This document shows, one piece after another, positions 9,282 through 19,298 of a stretch of DNA of 64,000 bases (positions within the stretch are counted from its first letter, which is position 1; every line of letters starts with the position of its first letter). Source of the DNA: a virus. The stretch is taken from IMG/VR virus record IMGVR_UViG_3300046167_000888; one strand, 5' to 3'. A program made the translations under genes and the position numbers. The notes under the pieces are model-generated. The model had not been told where the DNA came from and did not search any database. It worked only from the letters and a program-made list of their open reading frames with translations.

Positions 9282-9300
9282 AAAAGCCCTCGTATCTTGA
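9270..9300 (+). promoter_or_regulatory. Early/middle promoter variant GTGC-N17-CGTATCTTGA
   Basis: Same spacing as the other copies; precedes a G-rich leader. Confidence 0.45.
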
Positions 9301-9407
9301 TATCACGGGTTTTGAGAAACATGGGATTAAAACAAGGGATGGGAAATAAAGGCAATAAAGGGGTTAAGGGACACCCTGTTATTAAATGTTCTATTTAAAA
9401 TTATATT

Positions 9408-9578
9408 ATGAGAAACAAAAGATTATTTCAACAAAGACTAGAAACATTAGATGCTATATTTAGTGGAATTAAAAATGGTATTCAAATGGGAGCTAGTGTT
9501 GGTGAATTGAAAAATGGGTGCGACAAAGGTAGTGCTATTGTATCTGAACTAGAAGGGTACGTTGAAAACGAAAATTAA
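9408..9578 (+). CDS. Hypothetical 56-aa protein (not in ORF track)
   Basis: ATG 9408 to TAA 9578 with an A/T-rich leader; fills the intergenic gap. Confidence 0.6.
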   Translation: MRNKRLFQQRLETLDAIFSGIKNGIQMGASVGELKNGCDKGSAIVSELEGYVENEN

Positions 9579-9594
9579 ATAAAAAATAAAAGTT

Positions 9595-10374
9595 ATGAGC
9601 TTAACAGCAGAACAAATCCAATCAAATTGGGAAATATTTCTAAATAATATTGAAGTACACATTTCTGGAAATAGAGGTGAGCAATTGTTAAATTTTTATA
9701 AGCGATATGAGGATCGAATTATTATGATGCCCGCCGCTCATAAAAAAGAATATCATTCCGCATTTCCAGGTGGTTATGTAGATCATGTTAATAGAGTAGT
9801 TAGATGTGCTCTTAAACAATATGATTTATGGGCATCAGAAGGATGTGATATGACTACATTTACTAAAGAAGAACTAGTATTTTCTGCTATTAATCATGAT
9901 TTAGGTAAGATGGGAGATAAAGACCACGATGCTTATATCCCTCAGACCGATAAATGGAGAAAAGATAAATTAGGTGAAGATTATATGTTTAATAAGAAGC
10001 TAGCATTTTGCTCTGTCCCAGATAGAGGATTGTTTTTGCTTCAACAACATGATATTTCTTATACATTTAATGAAATGGTAGCTATTCAAACTCATGATGG
10101 GTTATATGATAATGCTAATGAGAAATATTTAAAAGGATTTATGCCTGAACAAAAACCTCGTACATCTTTACCATTTATTTTACATCAAGCTGATTTAATG
10201 TCCGCCAGAATTGAATTTGAAATAGAATGGCTTCCAAAATTTTCTCAAAATAGCGTGGAGCCCGAAAAAAAGAATTTTACATTGTCCGACAATAAACATG
10301 GTTCCAAGTCTAAATCAAAAGCTTTAGGTGGAATCAAAAGTGAAGGTTTAAAAAATATGCTAGATAGTTTATAA
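9595..10374 (+). CDS. HD-domain phosphohydrolase (YhaM-like HD)
   Basis: YHSAFPGGYVDH, NHDLGK, THDG and HQAD motifs. Confidence 0.85.
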   Translation: MSLTAEQIQSNWEIFLNNIEVHISGNRGEQLLNFYKRYEDRIIMMPAAHKKEYHSAFPGGYVDHVNRVVRCALKQYDLWASEGCDMTTFTKEELVFSAINHDLGKMGDKDHDAYIPQTDKWRKDKLGEDYMFNKKLAFCSVPDRGLFLLQQHDISYTFNEMVAIQTHDGLYDNANEKYLKGFMPEQKPRTSLPFILHQADLMSARIEFEIEWLPKFSQNSVEPEKKNFTLSDNKHGSKSKSKALGGIKSEGLKNMLDSL

Positions 10375-10655
10375 TGGATATTTCAATAATAGTAATTTCG
10401 ATTTTAGGAGTTGCAGTTGTAATTTTAGGATTTACAACTTGGAACTTACTGTCAAAAACAGAAAAACAAGAAGATATTATTATTAATTATGATAACTTTA
10501 TAAATGAATATAGTAAACAATTAGATGTAGCAGATAAACGCTTAAAGGAAATCGATGAAAAAGATTTATTTAAGAGTGATGATGAAATTGGTTGGTTTTT
10601 TAAAAATTTAAAAGGGTTGCAAAATGACTTGTCTAAATTTAAAATTAACCAATAA
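10374..10655 (+). CDS. Hypothetical membrane-anchored protein
   Basis: N-terminal TM helix, coiled coil. Confidence 0.7.
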   Translation: MDISIIVISILGVAVVILGFTTWNLLSKTEKQEDIIINYDNFINEYSKQLDVADKRLKEIDEKDLFKSDDEIGWFFKNLKGLQNDLSKFKINQ

Positions 10656-10661
10656 CCCTAT

Positions 10662-11387
10662 ATGCAACCACCTGTTCGTAAAAGAAGGAAGAAGTCTAAG
10701 AACTACTTCACACATGACACCGAATTAGCTATTGTTAGATACAATAGTTTAGATTCAGTTAAAGATGAGAAATTAAGAAGTGATATCTATGATAAAGAGA
10801 TTCATTATCCATTCTTTAAACTAACCCAAAACATTATTCACACATTTAAATTTTACCATACAGAGGTTGAAAATTTAGAACACTTACAACATGAAATAAT
10901 TGTTTTCTTACTTTCTAAGATACATTTATTTGATCCAAGTAGAGGGGCAAAAGCATATTCATATTTTGGTACTATTGTTAAAAGATGGTTAATATTATAC
11001 AATACCAAAAATTATAATAAAAAAATTAAAAAAGTAGATGTTGATGTTTTAATGGGTGATAAATCAACTCACACTTATAAATTCGAAGAATCAACAGGGC
11101 CAGTAGATGAATTGTATAAATATATTGACATATTTGTTGACCATGTTACAGAAAATATATATGAGTTATTTCCAAAGAAAAATGATGCTCAAATAGCAGA
11201 TGCAATTTTAGAGTTATTTAGAAAAAGAGAAACTATAGAGGTATTCAATAAAAAAGCGTTATACATATATATTCGTGAAATAGTAGATGTAAAAACTCCA
11301 AAAATTACCAAAATAGCGGATAAATTACATGATATATTTAAAAGTCAGTACGTTTTCTTTTTAGAAAATGGTTATGCTAGATTTTAA
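10662..11387 (+). CDS. Phage sigma factor for late transcription (T4 gp55-like)
   Basis: KNYF N-terminus and FDPSRGAKAYSYFGTIV, a sigma region-2-like motif; lies directly upstream of the structural block. Confidence 0.7.
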   Translation: MQPPVRKRRKKSKNYFTHDTELAIVRYNSLDSVKDEKLRSDIYDKEIHYPFFKLTQNIIHTFKFYHTEVENLEHLQHEIIVFLLSKIHLFDPSRGAKAYSYFGTIVKRWLILYNTKNYNKKIKKVDVDVLMGDKSTHTYKFEESTGPVDELYKYIDIFVDHVTENIYELFPKKNDAQIADAILELFRKRETIEVFNKKALYIYIREIVDVKTPKITKIADKLHDIFKSQYVFFLENGYARF

Positions 11388-11424
11388 ACTTATCCTATAT
11401 CCATATTTATAATAAAAACATATT

Positions 11425-11787
11425 ATGGGAGCATTAGACAATGTAATATTTGGGAACAAAAAATTCTCAGATATTCTCAGTGAAATTTACGATAACCAAA
11501 CTGAAAAGAAAAAACAAATTACTGGTTTGATTTCCGAACTTAAACCTCTTATATCTGATATAGGTGATGCAACTCTTATAGTACCATTAATTAAAGAATA
11601 TTTAGAAATTGGCGTTAGAAACGATGAACAATTAATTAAAATGGCAACTATAGTGCAGCGTGTTGTTAATAATTCTAATAGTGACGATAGCACGGGTATA
11701 ACAGAAGCAGAAAAAGAAGAACTGTTAGCGGAATTAGACAACATTCAAAATGCTTATAAAGCAGAGAAGAAAAAAGATAAAAAGTAA
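11425..11787 (+). CDS. Hypothetical helical protein
   Basis: 120-aa ORF after the late-promoter motif at 11403. Confidence 0.75.
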   Translation: MGALDNVIFGNKKFSDILSEIYDNQTEKKKQITGLISELKPLISDIGDATLIVPLIKEYLEIGVRNDEQLIKMATIVQRVVNNSNSDDSTGITEAEKEELLAELDNIQNAYKAEKKKDKK

Positions 11788-13073
11788 TGTACGTAAATGG
11801 TTTAGCAAGATTATTTCAAACCGGAGTAGCAGGAGTAGTTGATACTTTATCACGACTTGATGATAGTGAACAAAGTGGACCTATCATTGCGCGTGTGACT
11901 GATGTTTGCTTAAACAGTAATTCAGATTTATTTAAAACAGCAGGATGGGGAGGAATTGGTAGTATATCTTTTCAAGCATTAAATGATCAAAAACCTGAAT
12001 CAGGTCAAAATAGAGTAGGATCAACATTAGCTTTACCAATGTTTCCTCAATTTAAAAATTATCCTTTAGTAGATGAATTTGTAATATTATTTCCTGGAGC
12101 AGGACAATCAGATCCTCAATCATCTGGGGTAAAACAATATTATTATATACCATTAAATATTTGGAATAATCCTCATTATAATGGATACCCTAATACTTTA
12201 AATGAAGACCCTAAAAGTCAGGAAAGCGATTACGAAGAGATACAAGATGGTAACCCATCAACTGAAAATAATAATCCTGAAAGATTACCAATTAATGGTC
12301 AATCTGGGGGACAATTTGTAGAAAAAGGAGATATACATCCAATTTTACCTTTTGCTGGTGATCAAATTATAGAAGGAAGAAATGCTAATAGTATAAGATT
12401 AGGATCAACTGCTACTACAAAAGGATCAATAAGAAATACTTGGTCTTCTTATGGGGATGAAGGTTCTCCTATTTTAATTATAAAAAATGGTCAACCTGAA
12501 AATGTAGAAGGAGATTCATGGGTTCCTACGGTTGAAGATATAAACAGAGATCCTTCATCTTTATATCTTACTTCAACACAAAAAATACCAATAGTAGTAG
12601 CTACATCTAATCTAGTTGCTGGAGAAAAAGAAACAATACCTTTTACTAGCATTATAAATAAAACTCCAATCTCACCTAAAACATTTACTAAATCCCAAGT
12701 AATTTTAAATTCAGGAAGATTATTATTTAATACTGTTGGTGATAGTATACTAATGTCATCTCAAAAATCTATTATATTAGAAAGTAGAGAAGATTTAGGA
12801 ATTAAATCTATGTTTAATAATGTTAATATATTAGCTCCTAAAGGTAATATATCTATGGGGAAACGAAACGCTGATCAATCTGCTGTTTTGGGAGATAATT
12901 TAATGGAATACTTAGTTCCAATAATGAAAAATATGAAAACATTGGTAGAAAAAATGACCAAAGAACCTCAATTAACAACATCTAAAATTCCAGCTCAGAC
13001 TTTAATAGAACAGTTTAATACTTTTATAACTAACTATCAAAAAACATTGTCGGATAAAATAAAATTATCTTAA
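11787..13073 (+). CDS. Baseplate hub/central spike protein (gp5/gpV-like)
   Basis: N-terminal OB-like region (IARVTDV, YPLVDEFV), GDQIIEGRNANSIRLGST, C-terminal beta repeats; upstream of gp25. Confidence 0.55.
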   Translation: MYVNGLARLFQTGVAGVVDTLSRLDDSEQSGPIIARVTDVCLNSNSDLFKTAGWGGIGSISFQALNDQKPESGQNRVGSTLALPMFPQFKNYPLVDEFVILFPGAGQSDPQSSGVKQYYYIPLNIWNNPHYNGYPNTLNEDPKSQESDYEEIQDGNPSTENNNPERLPINGQSGGQFVEKGDIHPILPFAGDQIIEGRNANSIRLGSTATTKGSIRNTWSSYGDEGSPILIIKNGQPENVEGDSWVPTVEDINRDPSSLYLTSTQKIPIVVATSNLVAGEKETIPFTSIINKTPISPKTFTKSQVILNSGRLLFNTVGDSILMSSQKSIILESREDLGIKSMFNNVNILAPKGNISMGKRNADQSAVLGDNLMEYLVPIMKNMKTLVEKMTKEPQLTTSKIPAQTLIEQFNTFITNYQKTLSDKIKLS

Positions 13074-14609
13074 TGGTAGAGGATTTAATTCAAATAGCAT
13101 CATCATTCCTACAAACAGAGAAAGGACAGAAAATACTTGAAAAAGTAAAGGGCTTAGACCTTGAAGAGTTTAAAAAAGCCCAAAAGGATTTGTCTAAAGA
13201 AGAACTTGAAGAACTTAAGGAAGAAAAAAGAAAAGAGTTAGGAGACAAATATGGAAAATATGTTCCTTATTTTGCTATTTTTACAACTCGAGGTGTAGTA
13301 TATGATAAAAGAACTAAAGAACCAGTTGAAGGTATAGAAGTAAAACCACGACTTGGAATATTCCCAATAACTAAAGAACCTCGTATTAATAAAGTAACAG
13401 AGGAAGTATTAAAAGATGCTGATGGGAATATTTTGTATAAAGCTGTAAAAGATAAGGGTGGTAAAGACTATGTTACTACTAATGAAAATGGAGAATGGGA
13501 AATTACTTTAGGTATGCCTTATTTAGATGCTGCTAAAAGAGTTGTTTTACCTCAACAATCAACTCCTTTTGTAACATTTATAGATAAAACAGATAGACCT
13601 TCTACTGAATCCCAAAGACAAACAAATACAAATGGAGAATATGCTCCAAATATTCAATATCTTACAACTTTAGAAGGTGAAGTTTTTCAAGACCAAACTC
13701 CAGTAGCTTTATTTGAAATAACACAAGCAGCAAAGATAGCAACTGAAGAAGCAATAACTGAAGTTACTAAATTAGCAGCTGATTTTGCTGAAAAACAATT
13801 AGATGTAGTTGAGCAGACATTAAATAGTTTAATGAGTTTAGTACTAAAACCATCTACGGTTATTCAAACTAAATTATTACCTCTTGCTTTTCAATTAATG
13901 TTATATTTTGGTATAGCAAAAGAAGAACAAGCTAGACAACAATTACAAAAATGTCCTGATGGAATTTTATTAGGAGAAATTATTAAAAAAAGGAACTCTA
14001 TTGTTAGACAATTAAATAATATATATGGTATTATTATAGCAAACACAGCTTTAGCAGTATTATTTTTATATTTATCTAAATATTTAATTGTTATAAAAAA
14101 TACAATAGCAAGTATATCATTTCCAGTATCTACTCCTCCTGGATTAGGTGTACCTTATTCATTAATTAGTAGGTTAGAAGGAATACAAGATATGCTTGAA
14201 CGTATATCAGGTATTAATAAAGACCTAAAGAAAAATTTATTTATCGCTTTGATTTTTCTAATTATATCTTTAATTTTAATTTTAAGGTATATGAAAACCT
14301 ATTGATAATTTAATTAGAGAATGTACCCCTAATGCTGGTCTTGAACCATTAAATAAAGAATTATTAGCATTACAAGAACAAAGTGATACACAAGGAGAAC
14401 CTGAAGTAAAAATAGTAAACGGATTTAAAATGTCAGTAGAAGTAGTTGATAAATACAAAGTAGGTGATTTACCAAGAAGACAAGCTGTTGCTAAAAATTC
14501 TAAAGGAATAACAATTTTAAAAGGTGAACCATCATTTAGTGCCCAAAATCAAATACTAATTGATGAACTATCATTTTATATTATACAAAACGATTTAAAA
14601 GCAGATTAG
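13073..14609 (+). CDS. Virion-associated protein with CarboxypepD_reg-like domain and hydrophobic helices; +1 frameshift at ~14299 (likely error)
   Basis: GVVYDKRTKEPVEG...TTNENGEW; removing one C extends the ORF to TAG 14609. Confidence 0.6.
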
Positions 14610-14639
14610 AAACATATTTATAACTAAATAATAATTACA

Positions 14640-14996
14640 ATGAAACTAAGTCAATTAAAAACTATTGTAAAAGAAGCAGTAAAAGAAGCAATTCAAGAAG
14701 AAATGAAAGATATTCTTTTAGAAGCAGTTCGTGTACCTAAAGCAGTAGTATCAGAAGTACAATCTACACCTGTAGCTACTACTCCATTACCAGAAACAGA
14801 CAAAATGAAACTAAGAGAAAACATGATGAGTGTTTTAGATAGTATGAGACCTGGAGCTAATGGTACAATATCAGCTACAACAGCAGATATGCCTTTACAA
14901 GTAAATAGTTTTGGTGATACAACTTCTCCAAATGGTAAATTACCAGAAGGAAGTGTTAGTATGGACCAAATAATGGGTTTAATGAACAGTAAATAA
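14640..14996 (+). CDS. Hypothetical late protein
   Basis: MKLSQLKTIVKEAVKEAIQEE N-terminus; late promoter at 14614. Confidence 0.75.
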   Translation: MKLSQLKTIVKEAVKEAIQEEMKDILLEAVRVPKAVVSEVQSTPVATTPLPETDKMKLRENMMSVLDSMRPGANGTISATTADMPLQVNSFGDTTSPNGKLPEGSVSMDQIMGLMNSK

Positions 14997-15002
14997 TAGA
15001 CT

Positions 15003-15410
15003 ATGGCGTTTGGAGCAGTACAGCAATTTCCTAATGACTTAAGACCAAGTGTTGGTATAGGTGTAAATTTACCTTTTTCTGAAGGGAATGGTTTTACTCC
15101 AAATTATACAACGGCTGAATCTATTAGATATAACTTAATAAATTATTTTTTAACAAACCCTGGAGAAAGACCAGGTAACCCACAATTTGGAGGTGGATTA
15201 AGAAGATTTATTTTTAGTCAAATTGATCAAAACAATTTAGAATTTTTAAAAGAAGATGTTCAAACTAAAATTAAAAATGAATTTCCTAGTGTATTAGTAA
15301 AAGAATTAAATGTACTAGGTAACCCAGATGAAAACGAAGTAACCGTACAAATATTTTATGCTATTGAGGATACAAATATAGAAGACGAAGTAATATTAAA
15401 TTTTGCATAA
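15003..15410 (+). CDS. Baseplate wedge subunit, T4 gp25/GPW-like
   Basis: NLINYFLTNPGERPGNPQFGGGLRRFIF motif. Confidence 0.9.
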   Translation: MAFGAVQQFPNDLRPSVGIGVNLPFSEGNGFTPNYTTAESIRYNLINYFLTNPGERPGNPQFGGGLRRFIFSQIDQNNLEFLKEDVQTKIKNEFPSVLVKELNVLGNPDENEVTVQIFYAIEDTNIEDEVILNFA

Positions 15411-17251
15411 TGGCAGTAAGAAGAAATATAAATTACATAACTAAGGATTTTAATGAGTATAGAAGTCAGTTGATTAACTATTCTCAAGTTTATTTCCCTC
15501 AAGTATACACAGATTTTACTCCATCATCCCCAGGTATGATGTTTATGGAACAAGCTGCTTATGTAGGTGATGTATTATCTTTTTATTTGGATAACCAAAT
15601 TCAGGAAAATTTCTTACAATATGCTAGACAGAATGATAACTTATACGATATGGCTTATATGTACGGATATAAACCTAAAGTTACAGGTTTAGCTGAAACC
15701 GACATAGAATTTTTCCAACAAGTACCTTCAATATTAGTAAATGGAATATATGAACCAGATTTTAGTTATGCTTTATATGTAAATTCAAATACTCAAATTA
15801 CAACTAATAATGGAACAGGTCAGAAATTTGCAATAGAAGACCCAATTGATTTTTCAGTATCAAGTTCAATGGACCCAACTGATGTATCTGTTGCTTCTCT
15901 ATCAGGTGGAAACCCACAATTTTATTTATTAAAGAAAAGTAGAAAAGGATTTTCTGGTACAATAGCAGAACAAACATTCCAAGTATCTGACCCACAAGAA
16001 TTTTTAACTTTAGTATTAGAAGATACTCAAATAGCAGGAATTATTGATGTAATTGATTCTGATGGAAATAAATGGTATGAAGTAGATTATTTAGGACAAG
16101 ATTTAATTTATGATGGGTTAAGAAATACTAACATAAATAGTCCTAATACATACGAGGACGAAGATACACCTTTTATATTACAAACAAAACAAGTACAAAA
16201 TAGATTTGCTTGTAGATATCTAAATTCAACTCAATTACAATTACAATTTGGTGCTGGTAATCCTTCTAATACAACAGAAGAAATTATACCAAACCCATTT
16301 AATGTAGGTTTAGGTTTACCATTTGAACAAAGTAAATTAACTACAGCTTATAGCCCAACTAATTTTATTTTTACAAATACTTATGGTACACCTCCTTCAA
16401 ATACAACATTAACAGTAAGATATTATAAAGGCGGTGGTGTTCAATCTAATGTTTTATCAAATACACTTAATACAGTAGATACATCGACTATTAATTTTAT
16501 TAATGGTGGGTTAAATAGCACTACAGCTCAATTTGTTTTTGATTCTATAGCAACAACTAACCCATTAGCTGCTTCAGGTGGTAAAGATGGAGACACAATA
16601 GAAGAAATAAGACAAAATAGTATATCTAATTTCTCAACTCAATTAAGAAACGTAACTGCAGATGATTATTTAGTAAGAGCATTAAGTATGCCTTCTAAAT
16701 ATGGTAAAGTATCAAAAGCGTATACTCAAAAACCACAAGCAGATGAAGCAAATACAACGTTAGATTTATATGTTTTAACAGATAACATTAATAGTCATCT
16801 AACAACTGCTTCAGATTCATTAAAAAATAATTTAAAAACATACCTAAATCAATATAGAATGATTGGGGATGTTATTAGTATAAAAGATGCATTTGTTATT
16901 AATTTTGGAATTAATTTTGAAATAATTACTTATCCAAATTATAATAGTAGTGAAGTAATAGAAAGATGTATTCTTTCTTTAAAAGATTATTTTGATATAG
17001 ATAAATGGCAAATTAATCAACCAATTATAGTACCTGATTTATATGTAATGTTAGATGCATTAGAAGGGGTACAAACAGTAAAAAGTGTAATACTAACAAA
17101 CAAAGCAGGAACAACTTCAGGATACTCAGAATGGGCTTATGATATGAATGGTGCTAATCAAAATGGTACTATATTTCCATCATTAGACCCTAGTATATTT
17201 GAAATTAAATATCCAAACACTGATATAAAAGGAAGTGTAGTAAAATTATAA
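15410..17251 (+). CDS. Baseplate wedge protein, T4 gp6 / baseplate J-like
   Basis: KDFNEYR, YTDF, AYVGDVLSFYLD, YGYKP, QFGAG, GGKDGDTIEEIR and RNVTADDY motifs. Confidence 0.9.
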   Translation: MAVRRNINYITKDFNEYRSQLINYSQVYFPQVYTDFTPSSPGMMFMEQAAYVGDVLSFYLDNQIQENFLQYARQNDNLYDMAYMYGYKPKVTGLAETDIEFFQQVPSILVNGIYEPDFSYALYVNSNTQITTNNGTGQKFAIEDPIDFSVSSSMDPTDVSVASLSGGNPQFYLLKKSRKGFSGTIAEQTFQVSDPQEFLTLVLEDTQIAGIIDVIDSDGNKWYEVDYLGQDLIYDGLRNTNINSPNTYEDEDTPFILQTKQVQNRFACRYLNSTQLQLQFGAGNPSNTTEEIIPNPFNVGLGLPFEQSKLTTAYSPTNFIFTNTYGTPPSNTTLTVRYYKGGGVQSNVLSNTLNTVDTSTINFINGGLNSTTAQFVFDSIATTNPLAASGGKDGDTIEEIRQNSISNFSTQLRNVTADDYLVRALSMPSKYGKVSKAYTQKPQADEANTTLDLYVLTDNINSHLTTASDSLKNNLKTYLNQYRMIGDVISIKDAFVINFGINFEIITYPNYNSSEVIERCILSLKDYFDIDKWQINQPIIVPDLYVMLDALEGVQTVKSVILTNKAGTTSGYSEWAYDMNGANQNGTIFPSLDPSIFEIKYPNTDIKGSVVKL

Positions 17252-17253
17252 TT

Positions 17254-18738
17254 ATGGCAGTATATAAATTATTTCCTTCACAAGATGCTTCTATTTATAG
17301 TGGTTACCCCGCTATGAATACAGGTTTAGATCCAATTTTGGATGTAGCTAACTATGTAACGGAATCAAATCCCGTTGCTAGAGTAGCAAGATCAATTATC
17401 CAATTTGATCAAAGTGAAATAGAAAATGCTATTGATGTAATAGCTAAAGTAACTGGATCCGAATTTAATAGTTGGTCTGGAAGCTTAAAAGCATATGTTG
17501 CTAAAGCAAGTAACGTAATTATAAATTCTTATGTTGAAGTTTGGCCTTTATCTGGATCATGGAATAATGGTACAGGTCAATATTTAGATAATAAAGCAGG
17601 GACAAATGGTGTAAGTTGGGTTTATACTGATTATTCAGGATCAAATGAATGGGTAACAGCAGGATGGGTACCTTTAACAACAGGTTCATATTCTGGTAGT
17701 AATAATGCAGGTGGTGGAGTTTGGTATACAGGTTCTGGAACTTACTCTAATGTTAATAACGCTAACATGGGTGTTTCTCAATCATATAATTTAAGAAGTA
17801 CAAAAGATTTAGATATTAATGTAACTGATATTTTAAAAGTATGGTATTCATCATCTAAAGATTTAAACCCAGGTGAAATAGAAATTACAAATAATGGATT
17901 TTTAGTTAAATGGGCTAATGAACAGGAATTTGTTACTTCAAGTGCTGTATCCCCTCAACTAAGTTTCTATTCAGTTGATACAAATACTATATATCCTCCA
18001 GAATTAGAAATTAAATGGAGAGATTTTACATATTCTACTAGTAGTGGAGATTTTAAATTAGGTAGAACATTAACTGGTTCTTACCCAACTAATGAAATAA
18101 CAAGTTCAATTTCATGTTCTTATACACAATCATTACCAGCACCAACATATACAGGAGCAGGTACTGGAGCTACATTTGGAGCTACTTTTAATAGTTCTTC
18201 AATGTTAAATGTGTTTGTTAAAGATTTAGGATTAGGATATAAAGCTGGAGAAACATTAACTTGGTCAACAGCACAATTAAATGCTCTAGATGGCGTTTCA
18301 GGAGCAACTTCAGAAGCAATAGTTACAATTTCAACTTTTGATATACAACAACTGGATGTAATCAACACTCCAGACCTATATGTTGCTTTAGATAATAATG
18401 CAGGTGTATTTTATAGTGAAAGTATTAATGATTTTAGATTAAATGTTAGACCTGAATTTCCAGCTCGTACATTTAAAACATCTTCATTATATACTACTAA
18501 TCACGCTTTACCCTCGTCATCTTATTATGCTATAAAAGATTTAGATACAAACGAATTTGTAGTCGATTTTGATGAAGAATTCACACAGATAAGTTGTGAT
18601 GCTACATCAAGTTATTTCACTGTTTATATGAATGGCTTGGAGCCTGAAAGATACTATAATATCTTGATACAGACAGAGATTGATGGACAAACTATAGTAA
18701 TGGATGAAAATTATTATTTTAAAGTAGTAAACGGGTAA
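17254..18738 (+). CDS. Baseplate/tail-associated structural protein (DNRLRE-like N-terminal domain)
   Basis: DASIYSG...NTG, RSIIQFD, FYS...PELEIKW; rich in TGS/SGS. Confidence 0.65.
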   Translation: MAVYKLFPSQDASIYSGYPAMNTGLDPILDVANYVTESNPVARVARSIIQFDQSEIENAIDVIAKVTGSEFNSWSGSLKAYVAKASNVIINSYVEVWPLSGSWNNGTGQYLDNKAGTNGVSWVYTDYSGSNEWVTAGWVPLTTGSYSGSNNAGGGVWYTGSGTYSNVNNANMGVSQSYNLRSTKDLDINVTDILKVWYSSSKDLNPGEIEITNNGFLVKWANEQEFVTSSAVSPQLSFYSVDTNTIYPPELEIKWRDFTYSTSSGDFKLGRTLTGSYPTNEITSSISCSYTQSLPAPTYTGAGTGATFGATFNSSSMLNVFVKDLGLGYKAGETLTWSTAQLNALDGVSGATSEAIVTISTFDIQQLDVINTPDLYVALDNNAGVFYSESINDFRLNVRPEFPARTFKTSSLYTTNHALPSSSYYAIKDLDTNEFVVDFDEEFTQISCDATSSYFTVYMNGLEPERYYNILIQTEIDGQTIVMDENYYFKVVNG

Positions 18739-18741
18739 AAT

Positions 18742-19296
18742 ATGTCTCAAAATAGTAAAATTGATTTAGATAAAAAAGTGTATTCTAAAACAGAATACCC
18801 AAAAGTGATTGATACTAAATTCAATCAACTGGGTGTATCTTCTATTAATACACAAATTGAAGAAACATTTACTGTAACTGACTTTTTTAATGAATATAAT
18901 AATTTATTTTATGAAATTCCTGCTTTAGGAGACATTAATTCCCATGAATATTTAATTACTACAAGTACAGAGTATATAGGGTATGAAGCCAATGCAGCTG
19001 AAATAGCAGCATTACAAAATGAAATTACACAATTAAGAAGAGATTTATTACAAGCTCAATTAGACTTAGTAGAGGCAACAACAGGACAAAAATTAGATTT
19101 AGATATTAATTCAATAGATGAAGCTCAAATATCAGATTCAACTCAATTTAATGAAATTTTAGCTGAATTAGATAAACAACCTTCAAGTCCAACTGAAGCA
19201 AACACAACAGCTACAACAGTAGTAAGTAATAACCCAACAAATATAAGCAGTACTAGTGGGGCTGGTGGAACAGGAACTAGTGGTGGAGGATATTAA
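18742..19296 (+). CDS. Structural protein with coiled coil and low-complexity S/T/G tail
   Basis: EIAALQNEITQLRRDL coiled coil. Confidence 0.7.
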   Translation: MSQNSKIDLDKKVYSKTEYPKVIDTKFNQLGVSSINTQIEETFTVTDFFNEYNNLFYEIPALGDINSHEYLITTSTEYIGYEANAAEIAALQNEITQLRRDLLQAQLDLVEATTGQKLDLDINSIDEAQISDSTQFNEILAELDKQPSSPTEANTTATTVVSNNPTNISSTSGAGGTGTSGGGY

Positions 19297-19298
19297 AT

